From assembly GCA_964016885.1 (NCBI GenBank), contig OZ024740.1:215202001-215266000 (forward strand): a DNA stretch of 64,000 bases, written 5' to 3'. Source of the stretch: Eledone cirrhosa. Lineage: Eukaryota. Positions 53,101-64,000 of the stretch are shown piece by piece; position 1 is the first letter of the stretch, and each line of letters begins with the position of its first letter. A program made the translations under genes and the position numbers. Under the pieces are notes generated by a model. That model had not been told where the DNA came from. It was given only the letters and a program-made list of their open reading frames with translations, and made no database searches.

Positions 53101-55254
53101 CATATTGATAAAAAAAAAAAAAAAAAAATGGGGGGGGGGGGTATTTTTATGCATTTTCCGTGAAACCCAAGGAATAATAGATTTTTGAAGACCAAGCATT
53201 AGATGAATATGAGTAAATGATAAAGAAAAATTCAGTAAAGTGTAAAATGTAATCTAAAGACAAGTAGTACTAAAAAAAAAATGTAATTGTAGAATCTGTC
53301 AAATTTCCAGCGGCAGATTCAGTGAATATTGATAAACATGCTTTGACTAAACGTCTTGGTTTAAAGTGCACCAGTGTGCGGACAGAAAATTGGATACTAG
53401 TGTTTAATATAAGAATAGTTACAAACAAGACCTACTATCAAAAGCATCTCAACTACGACCTTTTCTCCCCACCCCCTTTCAGGTAGTGTACCTAGAACCA
53501 CACACACCCCTTTTTTATTTTAAGACGGTGGGAATAGAATTCTAGCAGGTCGTGTGACCACATGTTTCTTCGTTGGCTTAAGAAATTGTTGCTGTTTAGC
53601 TCCATCATCAGAGACATTCCAGTTTTGCCCACTGTCATGAAATATCTATTATTATCTGAGTTCAAATTCTGCCGAGGTTAACTTTGCCTGAAAGTTACGG
53701 GGTCGATAAAATAAAGTACCAGTAATGTACTGAGTATTTGCTGGCCTTGTGCCAAAAAGTAGAAACAATTATATTATCTATGTACTTCCATTTTTTAACG
53801 ACAGTAACGTGTAATTTGAAGGATATTTGGCTACTATTTCTAGCAAGTCAAACAGCCGCAAAGAGGCTCTACGACTGGAGATGTCGTTATCTTGCAAGAG
53901 GTCCTTCAGAGCCGGTAGTGGCAAACCCAAATCTGAAGTGAACCGCAATAGATCCTCTAATACAGCAGTAAAACCATTAACTAAAGAAATTTGAATTATA
54001 ATCAATAGTAGCAACGTAAACCCCGGCTGTATTGTTAATGTAGAAAGAAGGACATTACAGGGCATTTTGTTTAAAAAAAACTAAGAGAATACAACTAAAA
54101 TAAAACATAACGAAAGAAAATTATGATGTGATAACTGAAAATGTATTTCCTCATATTTAAATACTATATTTGGTCAATATCCGCATATGGCCCCCAGATA
54201 TTAAACCAGCATTTGGTATGAAGCTATAGTACAAGTTTAAAATCCTAAAATAAGTACTTTATGGTATCTAGTAAATCTGAATTTAAATTCCGCAAGTCAC
54301 AACTTACAAGGTGTGCTGCACTTATTAAATGCCCCACCTACTCCTTACTGACAGGTGTCCTCCAGTCAACAGACATCGTGTTTGACATTCTTTCTTTCTT
54401 TTATTTGTCTGTCTTTTAAACTTTACTATTCGGCCTTTAAACAACTACGTGAAGATAAATATTAATCTATATAACTGCTTGCTAAGTAATTATATCTTAT
54501 GGCCTACCTTTGCATTTAAGATTACATAATGACTTGGTGAACAATATTAAGCCCACAAAATTCTAAAAACACATCTACCTACAATATATTACGGTAACAT
54601 CCACAATACAAGGAAATTGAATATCACGGTTGTAATTTTATGACTGAAATTAAAGGCTTCTTTACTCTCTCATTCAGAAGAACAAGGGTCCAAAATGCTA
54701 TTTCCCCATCCCTGTGACAAATAAACCTCACAGAAAGATATATTTCTTCTATGAAGTTTTATATAAACATTACGTTTGGTAACATAAATCTTTCAAATTT
54801 ATAAAATAAAGTTTATGAAATAATAATAATGACAAAGTAGAGTGCAAATTATAGAAGCAAGATGAAAACAAGCATTACATCCCAGGTGATAAACATTCTA
54901 CTCAGCATCTGCGATAAGTAGTCAGCCTGGTTGTCAATAGCAACACACAACGACTATACTCTTTCAAAATAAATAACTTAAGACGACGCAATCATTTTAA
55001 AACAGCCAATATATTCAACGGTATTCATGTTTTACTTGTAAAAGCCATCAATTAAATATATATTATATATAAGAAATATGAAGTATACAGTATCATCGAA
55101 ACAGTTAATTTAACCACACAGGTGTCGAGTCGGTTGTTTACGCCCCCTAACAAATTTGGCGAAGCAACCAGGTACCTAAAGATAACAGAAACTGAAAATA
55201 TTTATATGCAAAAAAGCCACAGATATATAAAGTATTGCATGTTAAATTACATAC

Positions 55255-55540
55255 GCAATGTTGGAGATGATGTCTCAACTTTTGTTCTTTCAAAATTTCC
55301 CGGATTCGAAAAATAATCTCGCAATCTGGGCAGTTCCCGTCCTGATTCAACCAGCTCAGTGTGTAATTCCAGAGCAGTAAGAACAAAATTATCACGTAAC
55401 AGCTTTACAGCAATATTATCCCAAGAAATATCTGGACAGTCTGAATTAGGAGACTTTTCTGAAGCTTTTTCTTCAAGTTCATTTTCAATAAAATCCCCAT
55501 CGTTCTCTACGAACGGATTAGAATTAGAACCATCCGCCAT
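55255..55540 (-). CDS. RELCH: RELCH (RAB11-binding, LisH/coiled-coil/HEAT protein, KIAA1468), coding exon 1
   Basis: Translation MADGSNSNPF...IAVKLLRDNFVLTALELHTELVESGRELPRLRDYFSNPGNFER matches the conserved RELCH N-terminus as recalled. ATG is in an AAAATGGCG context. Phase-1 donor C|GTATGT at 55254. Confidence 0.93.
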
Positions 55541-55778
55541 TTTGAGTTATGATGTGTGCAATATATTTTGATTATATTTGGTTTCGGATTTTACAAACTT
55601 AATATGATTTATTAAAAAAATGCCTATTATATATTTTTTAACATTTTTTTATTATCGAAAACGCTCGAACTAAATACTTTATAAATTCGTATTTATTGTC
55701 AGTTCCTTTTACTCACGTGACTATTGCGCGGGAAAAGTGTTATTCCTCGTTGTTTATTCAGTTACTTTCTTGTCGATC
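55541..55778. promoter_or_regulatory. Bidirectional promoter between RELCH and CDT1
   Basis: 238 bp between divergent ATGs. E-box TCACGTGAC at 55713-55721, E2F site GCGCGGGAAAA at 55726-55736, and a YY1-like CCGCCATTTT at 55534-55543 overlapping the RELCH start. Confidence 0.8.
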
Positions 55779-56285
55779 ATGGAAGCGAAACAATCTTCTC
55801 TCACCAGCTTTTACACGGCTTGTAAAAAAAACAGTAATATAAAGTCTATTGGAAATAATTCTGCAAGTAAAATAGATGTTGCAAAAAAACTAATCAAAGA
55901 AACTGAATTAACTATAGTTAAATCCAAGAATATATCTCGATCTAAAAAATACAACTCGACCAAAACTTCCATCGTTGAATTACTTGATATTTGTAACAAA
56001 CAAAACACTAAATTGGAATCACCGAAAAGTAAGAATCAATTAACCCCCGTTACACCACCTTGTTCTAATAAAACACAGGTTAATCATCAAATTACTTCTG
56101 TATCCAAGAGAAAACATTCCGAAACTTTGACTGACCAAAATATAAGAACTCCTGAGACAAATGTTGAAGTTAAAGACACTAAAGTGGTAACATCGGCACG
56201 GAAACGTTTACCTCTGTTTGATGAAAAGGATAATGAAACAGAACCAAATGATTTAGCAGAAGAAGAAACCAAAGATATTGAATTT
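55779..56285 (+). CDS. CDT1: Probable DNA replication licensing factor Cdt1, coding exon 1
   Basis: N-terminal PIP degron MEAK-QSSLTSFY-TACK (Qxx[L]xx[F][Y] with a basic residue at +4). Cy motif SARKRLPL resembles human PARRRLRL. Several S/TP sites and an upstream E2F site. The donor is uncertain (56285 or 56290). The diagnostic winged-helix domains lie outside the window. Confidence 0.7.
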
Positions 56286-57761
56286 GTACAGTATTTCTTG
56301 TTTTCTCTTTTCTTTGTTTTCAACTTAGAGTTTTCCTGTTGAAGGTTCTGTGTTGACCAAATTTTAGTGTGAGATAAATAGTTTCGGTAATATCTTGAAG
56401 TTTTTAAAGAATATAGAACCCGAAATCCCCACTGTCCCCTACATGTCGGCCCTGGTGGCTAATAAATGAAATTATTATTATTATTTCAAACTTAGTCTAT
56501 AAATTACAATGATGAGTACACTAGACAAGAAATATACTGAAAGTAATGTTGGGACTTTCAATAATATTTACCTCTTGTTCTATCGTTGAGTCACTATTTC
56601 TGTTCGATTCGTTAGTTGCCTTTTAAAACTTTATAACATAAACTAACGGTTCCCATCAGTGTGGCCCCAGAGGGAGAGTTAAACAGCGGGTTAACTAAAT
56701 ATTGAATTATTTCCGACAATTAAAGATTCATTCAAAACAACAAAAACCACCGGGAAAAACATGAATTTCACCTCCAAAGCGAGACGGGTGTTATAGTAAA
56801 TATTTACCCAACTTTTAAGTCATATATAGGATTTTATTCTTGGTTTCATTAATGTACTTTTTATTTTTACAATATATCGAAGAACAGGCATTGGTTTTGC
56901 TTGTTATATCTGTATTTTGTAAAACCAACCCACGTTGTTTGTACTCAGATCAACCCGTATCAAACAACATTTCTATGGTGACCATGACCATCCAGTCTTA
57001 TTTAGTTTTAAGACAGTAGAATATGGTGATTTATCTACTATTTCTAGCAGTCCGTGTGACCTCGTTGTGGCACCATTGTTTGGTTGATTCCTCCAGAAAT
57101 GCTGACCTTTAGTTAATATGTAGGGTGGGTGAAAGCAGTATTAATCAGGTGAAATATAGACCCTGCCTGAAATTTGTATTGAAGTTTAAATCTAGATTGG
57201 AACTTCTCGCAAAACTTCAGGATGAATAAAACGAATTTGTGCATGACATTTTTTCTTAATTTATTTATATAGTTTACAAGCAATCGAAACAGTATATTCA
57301 GCTAAACATTAGTTCAATGTTTGTGTTAATGATAGGTATTAAATATTCCATGGTTTGGTGGTCATATTGAAGCTAAATATATATTATGAATATTTTATAT
57401 GAGCCATTTTGGCCACGTACAAAAGAACTTAAAATTGTCATTATTGTGGTCATTGGTGAGGTCAAAGTCCACCAAGACACGGTCAACCTTTTCTATGGAA
57501 ACAGCACGAAGGGTGTTTGGGTATCTATGTGAGAATTTAATACAGCTGGTCTTGTTGCTCAATGAATAAATACTAAACAGATAGATACAAGCCAAGACTG
57601 GTTTTTCATTTTTATATACAAAAAAGTATATTATATATATAGATGGAAAAATTAGCTTTTAAATCATTTTAAATTCCTTACATATGTTTCAATTATTCGA
57701 ATATGTTAGGTGAAAATTCGTATAATCAAGATCTATATATATACAAAATGATATAGAAATG

Positions 57762-57853
57762 GCTTCTACAGGACTAGAACTGTTTCATTCAGGAGAAAAC
57801 ATCAGGAAGCTTCCTGATAATTTCTCCCGAATTAAACAGTTCTAGAACCTGTT
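57762..57853. ncRNA. Inverted pair of degenerate minimal hammerhead ribozyme motifs (Penelope-type)
   Basis: Minus strand: GCTTC-CTGATGT-TTTC TCCT GAAT-GAAA-CAG TTCTAGTC CTG-TA-GAAGC. The mirror copy on the plus strand has a more damaged core. Confidence 0.55.
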
Positions 57854-58061
57854 ATTTATACTCTGCTATGTATTGAGTACCTTACTTACTGTGGTTAGCC
57901 CCGATTGAACCCAGGATAAACTTATACAAAATGATATATAGGTATATTGTTGGCACTTCTCCATCTTTGAAGGAATAAAAACATTAAATTGAAGCAGAAT
58001 GTATCCTCCACCTTAGACGTCTCAAGTCTACCCATTAGCATATATATATATATTTTATGTA

Positions 58062-58111
<50 letters not shown>

Positions 58112-59030
58112 CATCATCATCATCATCCAGCGGCCTCAGCTGAAATCGATTCAACAATTGATCTCCACATGTGTCTGTCATTCATTGACGCTGCCAAGTC
58201 CTGGATTTCAATACCAGAATATCTAGAGATGATATCGGGATAGGAGAGCCTGCGTCCCCTGTTATTGGTGACTGCTTGTGGTTTCCAAAGCATTAATGGG
58301 GGCACAGCCTCATAGATGGCAGTGGCCAGCAAATCTTACTCTCCTTTTACGTACAATGACAGATATGCGTGGGAGACCGATATATATTTCTTTCAAAGTC
58401 AGATGTCACCAGATTATGTTCTGAATGCGACGAAGTAGGCTAGTGTAGGTGCCATCAAGGTGCTTTTGTTGTTTGGATGAAAGTGTCCATGTTTCACTTA
58501 CATATAGCAAGATCAGTTGAATTGTTACTTGGAAGAGCCTGATTTTTGTGTGGTTGGAAAGATTTGAGCGCCACACTCAATCCATCTTGTTTCAAGCTGT
58601 CCATGCTTGGGCCTTTCTGGTAGCAAAATCCTTCTCAGAGTCCATGATCCAGGACCCAAGATACTTGAAATCCTCGACTTGCTTGATATCACTGCCGTTG
58701 ATTGCTTTGATGTTGTTGCCTGTACAGTTTGATATGTACTCTGTTTTCCCCTCGTTGAGATGAAGGCCAACAAGGGCGGCTGCTTTCTGGAGAGATGTCA
58801 AAAGTTGTTGCACATTTTCTAGGGAATCTACAAGAAGTGCAATGTCATCCGCAAAGTCAAAGTCAGGGAGATTTTTAGAGGGGTGCCTAGAGCTCATGCA
58901 GGGTTTGATGGTTATACCTTTGTTATTGATTTTGTCAATTGAGTCTCAGGGCATAGTCTAGTGCAATGATAAAGAGGAATGGGACAAGAGTGTTACCCTG
59001 CAGCACTCCTGCTGAGATGTCATAGAACTA
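58112..59030 (-). mobile_element. Decayed LINE RT fragment (RTE-related, different family)
   Basis: Motifs GVLQGNTL.PFLF, DFDFADDIALL and VEDFKYLGSW, with a (GAT)n tail at ~58112. Confidence 0.85.
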
Positions 59031-59929
59031 TGTATGTGTGGTGTATATATATATATATATATATATACTATAGTGGAGTACTGGTCACTTGTACATTTTA
59101 GACTGCATCTAAATGAAAGATGTCCTCATTGATAAACATACTTTGATCACCAATTTTCTACTAATATTTTATATTCTACTTAGCTTATGTTCCTGGAAAT
59201 ACTAACTTTTATACCTTAATCTGAACTGATTTGTTCCATCTTTACATCTTGCTCGGGTCTATTTTATCTCACCTTCCTTCTTGTGTACAAATAATGGAGT
59301 TTCTTCTGTATCTTTGGTTTCCTTCCAGTTTATTAATCTTTAACAGTTTAAACTACAGAATATTAATAATTATACTGTAAATGTGGTTGGCGTTAGGAAG
59401 GGCATCCAACCATTGAAAACCAACCAGAAACAGTCTTATACAAGCAAGACACGGTTACCCGACCCAACTTTTCTCAAATGGGACAAACCTGTCTCATCCC
59501 TGCTAGCGTGGAAGATAGACGTTAAACAATAATGATGAAAATACCTACTAGTTATCCTAATCTTTTGACTGGAATGATTTAGAGAAAAACATCCTGGTCT
59601 CTTCATCTAAACCTCTAACGACTGAGGTTTTTAAACTAAGGACACAACACTTTCTGTAGTGTTGATACCACATCAAATAGTACCTAATATACTCTGTAAA
59701 GTGATTGGCGTTAAGAAGGAAATGTAGCCTCAGAAACCACTCCAAGCATGCAACATATGAGCAAGACGTAGTTCTTCAGACCATCTAGTCATTGCTATTG
59801 ATCTCTAGCATGAAATGAAAGTAAGATCTATTTTACTGGGTGAGGTTAATGGAAAGGATTTAGCTAAATAAACCAGTGAAACATTTATTATAATTTTTAA
59901 TGTAGACCCTAGTTTTTCCTCATCATGGT

Positions 59930-60345
59930 CATCAATCTTGACTGAAAGAATGTAATTGCAAATACAAGCGAACGAAATGGGGCTCCTCCAAAAGGTCTGT
60001 AGAGTAATGTTACTCGATAGAGTGCATAGCTCAGAGATCAGAGAGTCACTCCAGGTAGAGCTGCTACTTCTCCGAATTGAGAGATCACAGCTCCGATACT
60101 ATGGACAGGTGGTTAGAATGTCTCAGGAAAGAATCACTGGACAGATTTTACGGGCAAAACCAACTGGCATGAGACCTAGGGGTAGACCCCAAGCAAGATG
60201 GTTGGATAACATCCATGAGCTTGGTTGGTCTTGCTTGGGGATCCAACCGGATCAATTGGAGACGGTTGCTTCTGACAAGACCTGCTGGAAGGAGTGTTTT
60301 AGGACTCTGCCACCACGACCCTCCCAGGAATAAGTGAGAGAAGAC
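59930..60345 (+). mobile_element. RTE (Rex3/Expander-like) LINE 3' fragment
   Basis: IQANEMGLL...SSEIRESLQVE.LLLRIERSQLR...RPRGRP.ARWLD. Shorter copies at 19298-19500, 20933-21150 and 52320-52460. Confidence 0.82.
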
Positions 60346-60556
60346 CCTATTACCTTAATCACTCTTTATTGCTTAACTGTTTCTTATCATTTTTTATCAG
60401 TGACCTTTTTTTTTTAGTTGGTCACCTGGAAAAACATCCAAAATATTTTTGTATTCTTGTAGAAACTAATATCTAACACATCTGAACATAAACTAATAAT
60501 CATTAAAGGAAAATTATTTCATATTGATTAAATTAATCATTTAATTATCTTGGCAG

Positions 60557-60778
60557 AGTAATGAAGACTTTGGAGACAATAATTTCTGGACTATAGAATT
60601 TCCATTAGTAAGCAATATACCGAGACCAGTTTCTCCTTTACCTGAAACTCCTCAAAAGTTGCGTAAACTGCGGGAAGAACGGATGGCAGTGAACAACCAG
60701 GCATCACAATCAGGTTCAAATGACAGCAAAGAACTTCTAAAAGAAACAGATCCTGTAAAAACTCCTTTAAACAAACTG
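60557..60778 (+). CDS. CDT1: Probable CDT1 exon 2 (disordered, with CDK sites)
   Basis: Acceptor ttatcttggcag| and donor CTG|GTAAAG enclose 74 open codons, SNEDFGDNNFW...VSPLPETPQK...KTPLNKL. Phase fits the next exon. Confidence 0.6.
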
Positions 60779-60821
60779 GTAAAGTTTACAATTACTCACA
60801 ATGTTTATTATTTAATGTAAA

Positions 60822-61012
60822 GGGCAGTGGATTGGCAGTATCGGTAGAGGGTTGGACGCTATGCTTTCTAGCATAGAGTTATGCCCCTTTACGTTCTGAG
60901 TTCAAATCCCGCCGAGGTTAACTTTGCCTTTCATCCTTACGGGGTCTATAAATAAAGGACCAGTAATGCACTGGGATAATTGCTGGCCTTGTGCCAAAAG
61001 TAGAAACAATTA
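60822..61012 (+). mobile_element. tRNA-derived SINE, family A (near full length)
   Basis: A and B boxes, plus the conserved body GAGGTTAACTTTGCCTTTCATCCTTACGGGGTC...GCTGGCCTTGTGCCAAAA. Confidence 0.87.
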
Positions 61013-62409
61013 TTTAATGTATTTATAACTGAAAACCTTTCCACATTGCACCAAGGTTAGATTGAGATACAATCTAGAATTTATTTTAGGCACAAGCTCA
61101 GCATTGCGGGGGTGATTAAACCTCAATAATTGACTTGCTTTATTTTACAATCAGGAGTTATACAATGATGGGAATATATTAAAAAAAAAAGATAAAAATA
61201 AAATTGTCATGAAAAATCAAGGGGTAATGGGTAAAGAAGGGGATATCTGGTTGTAGAGGAATAAGAATTAATGTGCTGCATACTTCCATTAACCTGAAAT
61301 TTCACTCGGATAGCACACTGACAGTGAAGAGTCAAGGTGAGGGATCAGTTTGTATAATGTGATGATAATAATAATGAAAATTATTGTGTACAGTGCTCAG
61401 GTGCACTACAACTCATCAAAGGTGCATGTATAGTACAAATGATAATTTCAATGAAATTTTCTCAAGCATCATGAGGAGTCAATCAAGAAAGCAGCCAAAG
61501 TTGAGTTACTCTCAGTAAAACACTATCACTACATTGTGTAAAGGATTTTGACATGCATGGTCTAGTCTCTTGCCTTCCTCATTGCTAAGGGTTGAGGGCT
61601 ACGGACAATTACACCAATGCCATCTATATTGGTGATGAATGTCCATGATTCTCATGATGAGTCTTGAATACTCATCCGACCATTACTCAGAAGCCGGTTA
61701 CCATACTACAGCTCATCTGCATTCACCACTAAGATGAAACCATTAGCCAGTCACCAAGATGACTGACAAGTCTTACCTGCCCCAGTTTTGAATGTGAACC
61801 AGAGTGTGAGCCAAAACTAATGAGCTCTGTCTACCTGTTTTGTTTATATATATATGTATACTATTGGATGGCCATTGAGTTTCTTTGCTCTTTGACAGGT
61901 TTTGTCTAAAAATCACCCTCCTCACCAAGTAAGCTTTAGTGGGGTTGCCAGTTTAGTCGCTGACGACCTGACCATTTTTACTGACAGGTTTTACTGGGTT
62001 ACATGTTACGGATAACGCTCAAGTAACCTGACAGTATTTTACATATAGAGTGATTTAAAATGAAAATACAATGCACACATGCATGTTGTTATGGGTCTTG
62101 TGCAACCACAGTAAAAATATCTGATCACAAATGTACCTTGTGTTTGTATTTTAAATCATTGTGCACACAAACTCCAAACAATATTTTTTTACACAAAGGT
62201 CTCATGATATCGGAGAGCAAATTTAAAGTAAAATAAATCAAGACAGTTTTTGATATTGTAATTTCCCCTCAAAAACTACTTTTTGAGATTCATCTAAAAT
62301 GTTGGATTTCTTATTCGATTTATTGAAGCATTATTCCAACTTCCGCAAAATCTCCGCATATTTACACCAGAAAATTAACTCCAATTTCTATATAAGGCAT
62401 TTGTACCCC

Positions 62410-62922
62410 TGCCCCAGTACACACTGTAAAATGGTTGTGTAGGTATCACGACAAAAAGCACCGAGTCCACACTGAAAAGTGGTCTTATAGGTGTCATGAC
62501 AAAAAACACCCAGTCTACACTGTAAAGTGGTCATATAGATGTCATGACAAAAAACACCCACTCCACACTGAAAAGTGGTCTTATAGGTGTCATGACAAAA
62601 AGCACCCAGTCTACACTGTAAAGTGGTCATATAGATGCCATGACAAAAAGCACCCAGTACACACTGTAAAGGGTCGTATAGGTGTCATGACAAAAAGCAC
62701 CCAGGACACACTGTAAAAGGGTCATGTAGGTGTCATGACAAAAAGCATGTTGCACAGACTGTAAATGTGGTTAGTGTTAAGAAGGGCATCCAGCCATAGA
62801 AACTTAGCCAGAAACAGTTCTGTATGAGCAAAACATGGTCACCTGACCCAACTTGCCTCAAATGGGACAACCCGTCTAACCCATGCTAATATGGAAAATA
62901 AATGTTAAACGATGATGATGAT
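62410..62922 (+). mobile_element. RTE-tail element with about 7 copies of an internal 48-bp repeat
   Basis: Unit AAAAAGCACCCAGTCTACACTGTAAAGTGGTCATATAGGTGTCATGAC, followed by GAAGGGCATCCAGC...CCCATGCTA...(GAT)n. Confidence 0.82.
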
Positions 62923-62970
62923 TATGGTAACTTGCAAAGATAACCAGTGTTTATTTTGATATTATTTCAG

Positions 62971-63152
62971 TCAAGTCTAACGTCAGAGAAAATAAAAGCT
63001 AACCTCATGAAATGTAATAAACTTGAAGAGTTAAAAAAACAGATGCTGTTAATTAAGGAACTGAAAGCTGCAACAAAGATAAAAGAAAAGCATGGTATTG
63101 CCCCCTCATCTAAGACTGAAGTTGAGAAAGAGAAATCTGAAACAGTTAACAA
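62971..63152 (+). CDS. CDT1: Probable CDT1 exon 3
   Basis: Acceptor attatttcag| and donor AA|GTAAGT. SSLTSEKIKANLMKCNKLEELKKQM resembles the helical segment preceding the geminin-binding domain in invertebrate Cdt1 (recalled, not aligned). Confidence 0.68.
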
Positions 63153-64000
63153 GTAAGTAGAATTTCTTTAGTGATGGCGTGTAGCTTAGTGGTTAGAGAA
63201 TTGTATATGCAATCATGAGTTTGCGAGTTTGATTCCCAGACTGGGTGGTGTGTTATGTCCTTGAGCAAGACTCTTTATTTCATGTTGCTCTTTCTGCCAG
63301 GAGTTGCAACGGGTAAATAGTTTCAGCAAAGGAAAGAAAGACCAATGGAAACATTTTTTCCTTGGTCCAATTTGACGAGTTCCACCCCACTCAGTAAGTG
63401 AATGAGGTCTGGAAACTTATCAATGGATTTAAACGTACAAAAGAATTTCTAGTTGTTTAGCCCTAGGTTGGCCCTGGAGGAGCAGACTCATAATCAAAGG
63501 CAACTCAGCCATGATTTTGTTTTCTTTTTTCAAAGTTCAGAACATCTAAGATTATTTTATCCAATGTGATTTTCCGTTTTCAAAACATTAGGATGTGAAT
63601 TTCAGAAGATTTCGCTGCAATTTCTAGCAACCACATTTTGTTGTCTCAAATAAGATTTCATGTGGTTATTGTTTAGCATCACATCTGTTCTGATTGAGCA
63701 GACCTTATTAGAGGATTATAGACATGACTCTCCTGTATTTCTATATCGACTATATTATAAAGTACAGTCTCTATTTCTTTAAGGCAGTAGTGTGGAATTT
63801 AATGATCCGGCTGCTATTTCTAGCAGGTTGAGTGACCACTCATTCTCTCAGAATATGTTTAATTACAGTTTAATCTATTTTTGGTGTAGGTGGAGAAATG
63901 GCAGAGTTGTTAGACCGACAGATAGAATGCTTTGCAGTATTCGTTTTGGCTCTCTGAGTTCAAATCCCACTGCGATCAACTTTGCCTTTCAGCCATTTGA

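Noticed and set aside
55737-55778. GTG-initiated N-terminal extension of the CDT1 ORF
   Set aside because: It is an artefact of alternative start codons in the ORF track. The ATG at 55779 places the PIP degron at the N-terminus as expected.

Overview
Eukaryotic, AT-rich, intron-dominated and repeat-dense animal DNA. The SINE/RTE/Helitron repertoire resembles octopod cephalopod sequence (inference only). Two spliced genes lie head-to-head across a 238-bp bidirectional promoter. RELCH/KIAA1468 is on the minus strand, with coding exons 1-4 at 55255-55540, 19643-19732, ~2109-2180 and 625-797, and continues left of the window. A probable CDT1 is on the plus strand, with exons at 55779-~56285, 60557-60778 and 62971-63152, and continues right. 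The introns hold five large tandem arrays, four Helitrons with intact TC...CTAG termini (one with a PIF1 helicase remnant), a 5'-truncated RTE LINE with one frameshift and a PHD finger inside its RT, CR1 and CRE fragments, many tRNA-derived SINEs, and piggyBac-like and hAT MITEs. The most notable unexplained structures are a 91-bp MITE-derived foldback whose three mismatches all become G:U pairs in the RELCH-sense RNA, and inverted pairs of Penelope-type minimal hammerhead ribozyme remnants. Most ORFs in the supplied track are repeat artefacts. No CRISPR or prokaryotic system is present. I cannot demonstrate a new biological system from sequence alone.
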